A DNA stretch of 64,000 bases from Amoebidium appalachense (lineage: Eukaryota; Protista; Ichthyosporea), in assembly GCA_963693365.1 (NCBI GenBank), contig CAVNZM010000005.1, forward strand, positions 1,922,001 to 1,986,000, given 5' to 3'. This document shows, one piece after another, positions 20,201-38,369 of the stretch; position 1 is the stretch's first letter; each line of letters starts with the position of its first letter. Under the pieces are notes generated by a model that was not told the DNA's origin, did not search any database, and worked only from the letters and a program-made list of their open reading frames with translations. Both the position numbers and the translations under genes were made by a program.

Positions 20201-22427
20201 ACCCCCCCCCCCCCCCCCCCCCCCCCCCCCGAAGCCCTGATGTTACCTTCGATACACCATTATTAGAAATGCGATTGTTCACCTTTACCAAGCCATTCCT
20301 CCCTCCCTCACCATCACCCTCCGCCGGAGAGTCCCCCCCCCTCCCCCCCCCCCCCCTCTCCCCCCGGCCCCCCCCCCCCTCCCCCCCCCCCCCCCCCCCG
20401 GCCCCGGGCTTTACCTCCCCCTTCTGGACCTTCCAAGCCTCTTACTGGACAGGTCCCTCGCTCGGAGCAAGCTTGGCTCCGGCCGCTCAACTTCCGAGAC
20501 GTCCGGCCCATGACCTCCGTATCCAACCCCTCCCTTTCACCATGTCCGCCCACACGTGCAAGGACACATCATAATCTTCCTATCATGAGGCTATTTTAAA
20601 ACTAATAGTCACGTGTTGCCGCGGCGCCACAATTGATATCGGTCTGCGGCAGTGGGCCGGACCCTCCCTTCATGATCATGAGCCTGATATCGATGAGGCA
20701 CCCAGCTGTAGTGTTCACCCAGTACCCATCACAAATCACAAATCCGGTGCAGAAGTGGAATAATCCAGTCTGGTTTTGACAGTGAACAGGTGGAAGACAC
20801 TAAATGCTTGGACTTTTTGCTGATGAAGCAGGTATTGTAGTTGGCGTTTTTGGATAATATCAATAACTAACTTAGTTATGACACTGAGGCTGATAACCTG
20901 TTTCTGTGTGTACCTGTGACCGTCTACCCCGCTACCGATGAGTCATTGGAATGCAACGTCAGTAAATACACACGCCGCCGATTGGTCAACATATTACGAT
21001 AGGCTATGATTGGTGAACTAAAAAATTTCTAAGAACCCCCAGATTCTTATTGTTAAAATTCATTTACAGTGTTTTCATGACATTTGTAAAGTGTGTAAAC
21101 TAATAGAAGGATTATTATCCAACATTGCGTGAGTGGTTTTTCAAATTTAATTATTATTATGGTTCAAAGCTTTTCTTGAGATATATATCACAATTGTTAG
21201 CCGCAGCTGACGCTTGCGATGCAGCGGATACACTGTTCGAAATCACAACGAAAGTCACGAAACTGCAGCAAAATCAATTGCGGCGATAACTCCAGATCTA
21301 CATCAGCTCTGATGCTGAGATTCTGATAAGAGCAAGTTTCGGCCTGTTTGATGGCATATTACAGATAGGGTGTGCTATTAAAGCAAGGTATAATATGAAC
21401 ATTTAGGTATATAATCTCCGTTGCCTCTCTCCCTTGATTTCTCTGCCTCCTAACTCTGAAGTTCTACACTGGCCCGCTGAGGTTGAGGGCGCTCGGTGCC
21501 GCTCGCCTGTAAGGAATGATCATCTCTCTAAACCTGCCACTGATATCAGTGCTTGGATTGGTGTTCGATCTAGCTAACCAATCATTATGTGCCTAAAAAA
21601 GCCAATAGCCAAGATTTACGAGAGCGAAGCAACACAAGCTGCTGTTGAGACCGTTGTAGACTTCCTGCCAGCTCCGGGGCACCGTCCAGCGTTCAGTAAC
21701 ACTGTTTCGGCTGCCGTCATGACTTCTCGGCGATAGAGAAACCTCACACAGCCAAAGGTGCACAAGTTCAAGCGTTGTTGATGTCCATTTCACATTTTCC
21801 AAGGTGTATTAGAGAAATTTGCAGGGTAGCTAGCAAACACGCGGGCAGCTACTGAATGCTCCGCTGATTTTGAACTTGGCTTGGAACAAAAGTGTTTGAG
21901 CTAGAATAGGCATACTAACACAGTCTGCACAACAGACACAGTGAAAAAAACTATGGCAAATTGACGGGAGATACCGTTTTTATATTCAAGGTAAGAGCTT
22001 TTCCCTGGCTTGTTAGATGTTTGTGGTGTACACGTGTGTTGTTTGCTGGCGCACCTTGTTCAAGGCGGTGTCTCAGAGAAGAAACTGGTTGCCCTGATTG
22101 ATGAACTTTGTGACAGTCAAGGTAATGCTAACTAATGATTTTCAAGGTTTCACCTATGCTATAAGAACAGACACACATGTAGGCAAATCGTCGTGCCGTC
22201 TTTACATAGCACGCATGCACATCTGCTACTATACACGAGTCTCTCAGACACACACAAAATACTATAAAGGCAACAGGTGGTGCATGTTTGTGCGTGCACT
22301 CACACACGTGACACACACAGCCACAAACAGACATACACATACACACACAAACAAACAAACACACACACACACACACATACAAACACACATGGACACAAGC
22401 ACAGACACAGACACGGACACACACATA

Positions 22428-22479
<52 letters not shown>

Positions 22480-22507
22480 TGCGCGCTCGCATACACACAC
22501 ACACACA

Positions 22508-22665
<158 letters not shown>

Positions 22666-22810
22666 CGCGCAAACACACACACACAAAATACACATACAAA
22701 CGCGCCCATTCACATACAGACAAACAAGCACACAAATTCACACTCAAAAAACACGCACAAAAGACACAAACACAAAATACACACCGTGCACACAAAAAAA
22801 TACACATGAA

Positions 22811-22902
<92 letters not shown>

Positions 22903-23917
22903 ACACACACACGTGTGAGTGTGTCTGTAGCAGCCACACAAACACTTTATTCAAACAAGCACACACATGCATACACATGCTCTTCACATCGTCGCACACC
23001 ACACACACAAGAAAGCGGTGCAGGAAACGAAATAATTGAACACACTGCACATGTGCATGGTACACACACACCCACACACACACACACACATACATGCACA
23101 CACACACACACACACACACCCACACACACACACACATGCAGAGAACACACACACACACGTGTGCGCGCATGCACGTAGGCAGACACATGTAGGCACACAT
23201 GCACACACACACCGTTGCGTAGTAGATATCAGATATGCACCAAAACCCCAGCATACGCGTACCCTCGTTCACTCTATAGTACACCCCGTGACAACATCAA
23301 CCCACCGTATTCTACACACTCTCTGTTGCACACATGCGCTGTAAACCAGGAAGGCATATGCATATACACACCTATATGGAGCACCCACCACACACTAGGT
23401 GCCTGCCATAAATTTCCGTATGAATGTCGCTGAGCACGAGAAAAAGATTACCATAAAACCGAAGAATATCGAATACTGCACGTGAATGGTGTAACTAGGC
23501 ATCCTCCGTGGTGCCTGAGTATTCTTCCATTTGTAGGGGTTCCCAGCCTATTCTCGTGTTTGTCAATTCTGCAATCTGCACCGTATTTCTTATTATATTC
23601 TAAACACATGCTCTATTATCCCCTCCCCACCCTCCCCCCCCCCCCCCCCCCCCCACCACCACCACCTACCCACCCACCCACCCACCCACCGCGCCCCCAC
23701 TTCGTCCTCTTACCCCTCCCCATTTCTTCTTGTTCCTCCCTTTATTCCTCAACCGCGCCCCTCCTCCCCACCCTCCCCCCACCCCCCTCCCCCCCCCACC
23801 CCAATCCCTCCCCCCTAGAATTAACACAATAAATGCCGCAGGTTGAGCACACCTTCAACTTACATCACACATCGAGCAAACCGCATCAACCCGCCACCCA
23901 CGTGTGAGCGCAGCACC

Positions 23918-27410
<3,493 letters not shown>

Positions 27411-28637
27411 CTTTCATGTCTCCCTAAACTTAGAGCACCGCACATGCATTCACAAGTGTAAAAAGAACGGCTACAGTGCTCCTTTCGATCCGTGGGATCC
27501 CTTTCCCCCCCCCCCCCCCCCCCCCCCTCCCGAACCCCCCACCCGGACCTTTCCTTCCCGGCCGCCACCGGGCTCCCGTTCCGAATCAGCATAATTGGAC
27601 AGATACCTCTTATTGTTGTTCAAAACGTAATTGGCAGCGCCCCTGTTTTCCCAGCTGCTGGTAGCCTGGCCCCCTATCCCCCTACTCTAATACCCCCCCC
27701 CCCCCCCCCCCTTCCCCCCAAGTCCCCGCCCCCCATCCCCTTCCGCGGTCCCACAAAGACGACACACACTGGCACGCACACACGCGCACGCACACACATA
27801 CACACACGTACACTTACACGCACACACACGCCCACACGCACACACACACGCACGCACACACCGTGGCAAATTTAAACGTGGGTTCACTTCCTGCCACCCC
27901 ACCGCCTTGTTCCCCGGCGAGACTCCAAAAGACACATGGCCCAAGTGTCCATATCGGTTACATGATGCTAGTATAATATCTAACCCCCATTCCGCCTCTC
28001 CAGTCTATTATCGGCTGACACTGGATATCTCCTTTTGCTGTGGACTTCCGCGCCTTGATGGATGCCGGGAGTTTTCTTTCTTTTGGATTTCCGATATCCA
28101 ATCAATAACAAGGCTACATACCTGCTACATACAATATTTCTAATCCCTTGAGTATTCCGAGTATTGCTATTTAAGGTTGGGCTTCAAATAACTTTCGAAA
28201 AATTCGTATCTTTAAGCATAATGTACCGCTTTTGATGCGGTGCGTAAGCTCAATCAGGTAAGGGCCTAATACTCTGTCACATGATGCGTCACAATTTGCT
28301 GCCTGGACTGTACATATAATCACCGCTAATGAGACATACACCGGGCAGTAACCTAGGCTGGGCCAGAGACTGGTCTCTTCATCATCCCGGCACTAATTCA
28401 GGATATTGTAACTGTAGGATGTGTGACTATGTGTAATATACACTGCTTGCTATGCTTCACGTTGAAGTGCAATACAGTGACTGTGACAAGTCGCTAGTGT
28501 GGGTAGAGGGTCCGGCCGTATTTGAGTCTTTGTGGCGAATGTGCCGGCTGTGCGGTGTGTGCATGCGCGGGCACGCGTTGGTGTATACATGTGTGTGTTT
28601 GTGTGCGTATGTGTGTGTGTGTGTGTGTGTGTGTGTT

Positions 28638-28688
<51 letters not shown>

Positions 28689-29086
28689 ATGATTATTCTT
28701 CATTTTTTGGGTGGGGCGGGGGGTGCGCGGGGGGGGGGGGGGGGGGGGAGGGGGTTGGAAGGGAGGGGGGAGGGGGGTTGGGGCTTAGGTAAGGCCTAAT
28801 ATACATATTAGGTAAGCAACCACGGCAGGGAAAGTATTTATAATGGCCATCAAGGACTGCGCCAGCCGGGCGGAATGGTACGTCAATCATTTTGGAATCC
28901 TCCAGAAATAGGGTGACTGGGATGTCCCTGGTGCCCTTCCCTGACCCAGGCAAAGTTTATCCCTCCCCCCCACAGACAACTAATACGCGGCCAAGCTTGA
29001 ACTCTTCTTCCAATATTGTAGGTTTTATAAAACAATTTAAAAAGTAGGAATATGGCTTCTATCTCCAACTCTTTTTCCCTAGCGCC

Positions 29087-29119
<33 letters not shown>

Positions 29120-29297
29120 AAAACAAAAAACAAAAAAAAAAACCACCACCACCACCACCATCACCACCACACCCGCGGGGCCCCAAATACTGCATGAATG
29201 TCGTCGCTGTTACATTGTATACAGTATAAGGCTCCTCCCACCACTAAGCCCTAAGCCATGTGAGGTCTCCCCCCCCCCCCCACCCCCCACCCCCTCC

Positions 29298-29332
<35 letters not shown>

Positions 29333-29535
29333 ACACACATATAATACCCTACCTCAACACATAGTCTTGAAGCATTTCTTGGATATGCATACACCATTGC
29401 CCGACTGACGGTTCGGTCCCCGGAGAATTGAACTATTCCGACCGGTCCAGGCTTCCCCTCTATTCGGATATGAATACGCTTATCTGCCGAGAGTACAAAC
29501 CCCCTACCTCCCTCTGAGGGGTTCTGCCTGAAACT

Positions 29536-29575
<40 letters not shown>

Positions 29576-30165
29576 ACCCCACTCCTTCCTTTCCCCACAC
29601 ATGGACATACACACAAAAAAAAAGAAAAGAAAAGAAAAAAACAAAAAACAAAAAAAAAACCAAACAGAATGCTCTTCCTTTGAATTTGGCACTTCAGCTC
29701 TTCGCGAATCCCCCCCTCCCCTCCCCTCCCCCTTCCCCCCCCTCCCCCCCCCCCCCCCCCCACACACACACACATACACACACATACGTATATATAACCA
29801 CACACACATACACACAAAAAAAATAAACAAAAAAAAGACTTTATACCATCGAATATCAGTATGGAAGCCTTGTGTAACATTATTAATGATTAAAACCGTT
29901 CAGAAGTTTCAAGTTTGTCGGGCAGCCAACAATGATGCAGTGCCACATGGCGTTGCTGCTGATCATGGGATGGACATCTAGTACTGGCATCTATATAGCC
30001 TATTTCAGTAGTAAGTATTGCTAAGGCGAAGTGCCACTGTAGTTTGCCGAGAATCAAAAAAAGCAGTTGCCTTATTGCCGAGGCCACAATATGATTACCG
30101 CTCATTTACACCATTTGGTCAAGAGCGCCGAGGAAATGCGCTGAATTTACCATCCCCGGCCCCCT

Positions 30166-30201
<36 letters not shown>

Positions 30202-30262
30202 ACACACCCACACACACACACACACCGGGTCCTACCCACCCACCCACCCACCCACCCACCCA

Positions 30263-30327
<65 letters not shown>

Positions 30328-31408
30328 CACGCCGTCCGTACACCTTCCGGCCAATCAGTTTATCCAGCACTCTTCAAGTTGGCGGGCTTTAACCTGTACC
30401 TTTTGTGATGGCTTGAAATATACCGTTCACAAGACAATAGCTTCCCAGCACGTAGAGAACTCCCGAATTCAAGGTATACCAACATACTGTAGCCCTTGTT
30501 CGGATTAATTTGAACCCCCACCACTACCACCACCCCTTCCCCTCCGCCCTCCCCCTCCTCTGGGATCTACCACCTACTGAGGCGGTGTCTCCCTTTTTTT
30601 TTTTTTTTTTTTTTTTTTTGCAAAAGCCGCCTCAAGTAGATGTATAACGTCGCACGTGCGGCAACACGTCAGTACGTGTTAGCTCTGGGATATCTGTCTT
30701 GGCATATCAAGCTCCGAAGATTCATCAGAAACCAACCCCTAGCTAATAAATTAGAGAAGGCATGATTTACCGGATTTATCACTGAATACGAAGACAATCC
30801 CGAAGTATATACCTTCACTGCAACTCGCAGTCGAGCAGCAAAAATAACCTCAGAACAAACCAGAACGTCAATGGTATTTGGGCAAGGGATGCAATGTGGT
30901 GATCACCATGATACAAAGTTTACGGCACGCGGCCGCCGCGTGGCGAGGGGAGGGAGGGTTCCGGAAGGCGGGGCAGCGACGGCGACGGCGACGGCAGAGG
31001 GGTGAGGCGGGGGGAGGGGAGGGGGGGGGGGGGGGGGGGGAGACGAGAGTGGTGTCGAACATAGTCTGGGCAGTTTCCTAGGCTGTGAATACGGTTACGA
31101 CTGCGATGGCTCAACTGGTGAAAAGTGCTCGGTTGGGGGTTTATCATTTGGGTTCTGGACTTCAAGACTCTGCATGCCATGGTAGGCAAGGAACGTTCAG
31201 GCAAGGGCAAGGACAGGATGAAGGGGGAGGAGGGCAGAAAATGTTGAAGCGAAAGAAGAGCGAGGGATGAGGGGGGGGGTGGGAGGGGAGGAGAGATAGA
31301 GAGGGGGGGGGGGGGGGGGGGAGAGGGAGGGAGGGAGGGGGTGAGCGAGGGGGAGGGAGGAAGAGAGATCTAGTAGACAGAAGAAAGAGAGAGGGAGAGG
31401 GGGGGGAG

Positions 31409-31520
<112 letters not shown>

Positions 31521-31607
31521 GGAGGGAAGGAGGGAGGGAGGGGGAGAGAAGAGGGAGGGGGGGGGGGGGGAGACAGAGCGAGAGAAAGGGGGGGAGGGAG
31601 AGAGAGA

Positions 31608-31784
<177 letters not shown>

Positions 31785-32737
31785 GGGGCCCGAGGGGGCC
31801 AGGGGATGCCTGGGGCCCATGATTTCCGATTGTCGACAGTCCCGGACTGGTGATCGATCGCGATGATCTGGATCACTGGAGTCGGGGGAGCCATATCAAG
31901 ATCACGGGGCCGCGCGCGTGCACGTGAGCCACGGTGCGCCAGCGGGAAGGCTATTGGCCACAGAAGCCAGTAGAAGATCCCAGAACCTACCTGGTATGCC
32001 ATGTGCACGAAGCCATATGATCAGGGAATGGAGTTGAAATAAGAACCTCCAGAAGCGATGGGAATCATTTTTTCCCCCAAAAAACTTGTGTGAAAGTGCT
32101 TTCGAATTTTTCCTTCTGTAGCCTGTATACGACCGCGAAATGATACAACTGATCAAGAAGTCAGGGTTCACTATTGGTTACAAATCACACATTCTAAAAT
32201 TCAAGTGCGAGCGACCAATCAAATTCTAATTAAAGTGTGTTGCGTAGTTTAGAAAACTTTAGATTGAATAATAGATTCCTACCTCCTCGAAGTGTCACAG
32301 TCAGGTTGTCACAGCGAGTCAGCGACGTGTGACAGCGTTACATTGTACATTCCAGTTTCTGTGTTGCCTTTTGCCTTGTTCACGGTGGCACAATACTACG
32401 TGCTTGGTCTTCTCAAGTCACGAGTCTATGCAGGGAAGAAACGCACACTGAAAGCATTAGAGGCAAAATCGTCACCAAAACACGCGAATAGGCACGCTTT
32501 CTTGTGGTATTTGATGCCACACGTACATGTACAGACTCCAGCTTCGCTTATTTTCAGCTTTTGCAACCCCAAGTCGATTGGCATGCGTTCACTTGACCAA
32601 CTTTTCTGCATTATATTTTAAAGCAGCTGCAGGCCCGGCCTTACTGGTTTCCAAAACTGTGTCCCGCTCACCTTCCGCACTAGTTGACTCAAAGCACTCA
32701 GATAACTACAAAGTTGCCATTCATAACTAGTGCCAAG

Positions 32738-33340
32738 ATGCAAGACTTACACACACCCAGCCAGGCGCCAGCGGAGCACATCTCCCAATACAATTTCGCA
32801 AATAATTACCTGGGAGACCAGTGGGATACGTGGGGTGAGGCGTATGCAGACATTAACATGATATCCCCCCACCTGGCCGAGAGATTGAAAAATAGAGTTG
32901 AGGAGAAACTGAGCACGACAGCAAAGCTATCATGCCAAGAGAGCACCTCAACACGCAGAACAAGCACAGATTCCTGCTCTTCTTTCAACAACGAAGAGAA
33001 GAGTGAGTTGGGTAATGAAACACACGGACAGTGTTGCACGGGAAAGCACGATGACAGCAGCGAAGATGCATTGATTGAAAGCAGAAAGCATGAGAGGCCA
33101 AGGGACGGCCCAGAGGCTTCGGATGATGAGAGCAACACGCACGACAGCAAGCATAAACGAAGGAGGACTAGCAGTAGCCAGGGCGAAGAAACAGAAACAA
33201 GCAGAGACGGCGTCACCGTGCCTGACACCAAGACGGAGAGAGCACTCCAGGATTCGGACAAGACGTCTGGTGAAGAGTGTGAACCCGAAGAAAAACACAT
33301 CACTTTTACTTATGGTGGGTACATAATGTCGCTGGATTGA
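32738..33340 (+). CDS. Hypothetical intronless acidic/Ser-rich protein (200 aa) with NLS-like KHKRRR
   Basis: Non-repetitive ORF from aag-ATG to TGA, purine-rich coding-like composition, preceded by a CCAAT-containing AT-rich block. No family recognised. Confidence 0.65.
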   Translation: MQDLHTPSQAPAEHISQYNFANNYLGDQWDTWGEAYADINMISPHLAERLKNRVEEKLSTTAKLSCQESTSTRRTSTDSCSSFNNEEKSELGNETHGQCCTGKHDDSSEDALIESRKHERPRDGPEASDDESNTHDSKHKRRRTSSSQGEETETSRDGVTVPDTKTERALQDSDKTSGEECEPEEKHITFTYGGYIMSLD

Positions 33341-34603
33341 GTTGGATGATAGTTCCAGATGTACATAGGTACATATGTAGCAAACAAGAGTCAATTTTTT
33401 GGAGGTTCTTTTCTCGGACATTTCCTTTCTTAAAGGATCCTTGCTACTCTTGTGTTTTTCACTTTGCTCTGTGTACTTTCCCCGCTTCCGCCCCAATCCC
33501 CCCACTTGAAGAGAGCAATTTAAATTTTACCGTACAGGTCGTGTACTGCCGCCTCTAAAACTCTTCGGGAATGAAAGCCAGTTAGTCTTCTTCTCTTTTC
33601 TTACATTTTGATTGTTCGGGTCTGCTGGACAGACTTACTGTACTAACACATTCAGGTAGCCTTGAGAATCGGGCTATCATTTTGAAATATTGATGCAAAA
33701 ATGCAAAAATGAATGTAGTTTGGCTAGTACTGGTATTTTTCAGTGGCGCACACAAATGCCAGTAGGACCTCTCAACTCCTTGATGTGTCAGAGAGTGCAT
33801 TCCCCATTTATACTTGCTCAGCCAAATAATCAGTAAGATAATACAAAGTATGTATATACTTACTAAAGTGCCAGATCTGTCAAGACGTGGTGAGCCTGAT
33901 GCGGTAATGCGTGATAGTAGAGTCCGAGACTCATACACAGACATCCCCGCAGCTACTTTCGCATGTACTTGATCTGTGCAGGTTTGTGTGTATGGTGGGA
34001 CACGTGCTGTTGCATTTTCGTCTACGCCCGAGTATCATGTGCATGATCACACATGACACTTGCGTGTACCCTCGAACTCCGAGGCTCTGAATTCGCCGTG
34101 GGCAAGTCCATAGAGAAATTTTTTTATACAAACGTTAGTGAATCGTAAATGCTTCAGTGATCATATAGCTTACCTGGTACAGTCAGCTGGGAAAAATCGA
34201 AGACTTTGAATACTGTGTATAATGTGCAGAGAATGCCGGATCTGTCAGTAGCTTGGTCGAGAGATAGGATGGGAAGAAATTACAGGGGATCCAGTGCTGA
34301 TAACGTCAATGACGCTAAGGGGAGATCATATTCCCAGACTGGCAAAACATCGGTTCACGCTGTACACGTGTTGTTGGGTTGCAGGTGAATTTGAGGGATA
34401 CATATACATAGTCGGCAGACCGGGGTGCCCAAATCTTATGCATCGACCTCGTTGTGCTGGTCAAGGGTAATAGAGAGACCGTACACCCCCATTCAACATT
34501 AATATTGATCAACTCCCCCTCAAAAAACATTTTGTTGTTTCGTCCTGATTTTCTCTATGCAAGGGGGCCTGTCTGAAGCTGTGTAGGTGTGTATGTGCCG
34601 TGT

Positions 34604-34704
<101 letters not shown>

Positions 34705-34855
34705 CTTCTTTTTTCCTTCTCCCCCCCCCCCCCCCCCCCCCTAGTTTTTTGAATATACGTAATAGCAAGGGGGACTGGCGGCATGCCAGTAGCAGTGTAT
34801 GTGTGTATGTATGTCGGTGTGGGTTTGTGTGTGTGTATGTGTGTGTGCAGGTTGG

Positions 34856-34905
<50 letters not shown>

Positions 34906-35333
34906 CTGTCTGCCGTTGTATTCAGTATCCTGCATACATCTCAGTGTATGAAGCACAAACAATACGGTCACTAGTACTGTGCTTTGATGGTTTTGAAATT
35001 AACTTAGTGGCACGTTTCTGTCACAGACCTGTATTTGGTTTCATTATAAATATATACTATACATAGATATGTGTAGCACATTAGCTACTAGTATATTAAT
35101 AATCCCTTTTTGGAAGACTATAAATAATTGAAAATGTAACATAGTACTACTATAATTGTTTCCAGAAATGTCACCGAATATTATGTGTGGCTCTTGGAGA
35201 GGAAGAAGAAGATGGTTTAAATCATGCACCATGTCTCAGTGTGTATGGAAAACGCTATGAATGATTCCCCCACCTCCCCCGCCTCCCCTACATAGCCCGG
35301 CCCGAATTCCTGCCCCTGCCCCCTCCCCCCCCT

Positions 35334-35391
<58 letters not shown>

Positions 35392-36524
35392 TTCCCCCCC
35401 TGTTGTTTTGTGTGGGTAAACGGAGAAGCAGAGAGCACAGATGGGTGTTATGTTATACACAACACAGAGACACACGGGAGAAACACAACCGGAGGGGTGA
35501 AACGATTACTGGGACCATAGGACTGTAGGAAATGAATTCGACTGCTTGATATTTATTTCAAGATGAAGTTCGTTTTATACTCAGGAATGTGAAATCGATA
35601 AGCCAATCAAAGGAACGAAAACTCTTACAATTTTCCAATCAGGAAGACGAAAACTATGAGGGTAAAATAAATCGATCGAAATGCCTGTCAACACATAGAA
35701 GATAAAACGCAATCCACTAATGAAAGTAATCTTCTTAGAATAAAAGTACGGAAACATTTTAACAAAATGAAACCACTTATGTATCTATTAGTTCACATCA
35801 TATATTTATACATGTTCTTAACATAACACGTCTAAATATAAGTATTCCTAATAGTTGGGGAACATAGAACAATTCTACGTCGTGGGAAAAGAAGGAAAAG
35901 GAATGAGGATAGAAAGGAATGGAATGGGAAAGGAATCGAATAGAATTAATGAGGAATGGAGGTTACTATATTTGGGAAACTATAACGAGATCTGATTGGA
36001 TGACTTATTTAGATATTGACGCGTGTGCGCGGCCCGCGGCTAAATAGCTCGATGTGTACACAGATCTAAGATATCGGTGCACACGGAAACAGAAAGGAAA
36101 GAAAGAAAGGAAGAAAGGAAAAGGGAAAAGGAAACAAACTACAACAAACTAATAAACATATATAAAACTCAACTTCTAAGTCTTGCCGTTAATCATGGGA
36201 AGATGACACCCCCCCCCCCCCCCCCCCCCCTCCCCCCGGCCCCTCCCCCCACCCCCCCCCTCCTTGAACACACACACACGCACACGCACTGTGGCACCTG
36301 GCCACCTAACCGTGGTCACCTTAACACACACATGTGCACACACACAAACACGTACGCACAAAGACATGACACACACACATGGCATGGCACACACACTGAA
36401 ACGGCCAGGTACATGCATGCACGAGTGCACATATCACACTCACGGGCCGGGGCCCCGGCTCTTTGTTAAATAATAAGGAAATTCTATTCATAGCAATATT
36501 CAATCCGTGATACACAGACATTAT

Positions 36525-36557
<33 letters not shown>

Positions 36558-38369
36558 CCTCCGCCCCAACACACACATATGCACATGCACCGGCTGCCCA
36601 CCCAACCACCCTGACACACACACGTGCACACCGTGGCACACGGACTAGTATGTACATGTATTTATATAGAGATACACACACACACTGCATGCCGTGGCAC
36701 ACACTGCACTGTGAAACACAGTGCGCAACACGTACGTACCCCATGTGCACACACCGCAAACAAGCACTGTGGCATCATACATGGTGAAAAACACATGCAC
36801 ACCTTGGCACACACACACGCGCGGTACACACTCACACGCAAACCGTGGACACCGTCACAGAAAACATGCACCGGCACACACACTCTGCAATGTACACACG
36901 TACAAGTGTGTACATTGCATACAAACACACCCACACAAGCACACACACACGTCATCACAGCTGAACACACTAACATCAGCATGTGCGTACAATAGCACAT
37001 GCATTTTAAGTTGACCTGTACAGTACCACGGCACCGTGTTACGAAAATTGTGGCAAAGGTAACTGTAGTGCCACCTCGCCCGCACAAACACATCAACACC
37101 TAAGGTTCAGTTTTTTTTTTTTAACACGGGGTCATCGCTTTTCCTCCATTCCCTTTATCTCCCGTTCCAATTGTTACGACTGATATACACTGTCAAGCAA
37201 TGACGTGAAAGGTAGTCCTACGTGGCATCCATGCACTGCATGCAGCGTACACGTGGCACCACACACACCCGTATGTGTGCTTGTCTATATAGGCATATGC
37301 ACAGGCCTAGGCACACATGTGCACACACGCACACACGCACACACACACACAGTCACGTACGCACACACCAGCACACAGACACACACACAGCACACACACA
37401 TACACACACACACACACACATACAGAGAAAGTGAGAGACTACCCCACACATGACACCGGGAGCCCGCTGTGCGCGCACAATTAACACGTGAGCTTCGTGA
37501 GCCGCAGCCGGCTGCCGATCATATGCATGTGCCGCCGCTGTGATTAATCTTCTTCTCGGATTGATTAATCTTCTTTTACGCTCGCACCTCTTCTCGAAGG
37601 TGTATAATAAACATGGATATTATAGACATAAACACCGAAAAAAAATTACATAGGCGTTTTCTTGACTATCGAAACCAACTTTTTGCCTACTTAACATGTA
37701 TTCTTGGGCTGCTGGGTAAGTCGGTGGAAGTGAGCCTCCTATTCTTGGTTGGCGAGCCGGGCCATTCCCCGGCCCGGCCCGGCCGCCGTTCAGCTAGCTT
37801 GTTAGAGGCGGATTTTGGCAGCAGAATTGCTGACGTCATTTTTAGAAGCGTAAAATGCGAAAAATGTGATAGGCTTGAGATGAGGTAAATTATGAGGGGA
37901 AGCGTTGCGACCATTGGACTATTAGTCCATGGGATGGTATCGTCGAAACAACGAATTCCCTTATATGAAAAATTCGGTGAGCCATCGACGATCGACATTT
38001 CGACGATCGGGGTTCGCACTGAAACGATGAAACGACGAAAAACCCAAATATGGATAATGATTTCAATGCTCGATCGTCGGTCATTAGAACAAACCAGCGG
38101 CGGCTCAAAGGGTCGGATTGAAATTCCACGATTAGTCCAAAAACGTAACTCCCCGCCTACGTAGCAGATTACAGTCATTTCCGCTAAAGCGGCAAAGCAA
38201 AGGAATTCAGCGCAAGGGTACTATATAAGCACCCGTACTACAACACCACAAGCGACAAAGAAAATCAAGGATAGGAAATATTTTGTATATATAAAGGGTA
38301 AACAATCTTATGTATGTGTATGTATGAACAGAGAAGGAAAAAGAGGAAGAGCGCCAACTTCCGACCTTC

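Noticed and set aside
28800-29530. Protein-looking fragments between homopolymers
   Set aside because: Cannot be joined by splice sites or assigned to a family.
34165-34180. CTTACCTGG resembling the U1 snRNA 5' end
   Set aside because: No U1 stem-loops or Sm site follow; more likely a minus-strand donor-like sequence.
37613-37720. ATG-initiated short ORF ending at a gtaagt donor
   Set aside because: No downstream exon could be linked and no homology was recognised.
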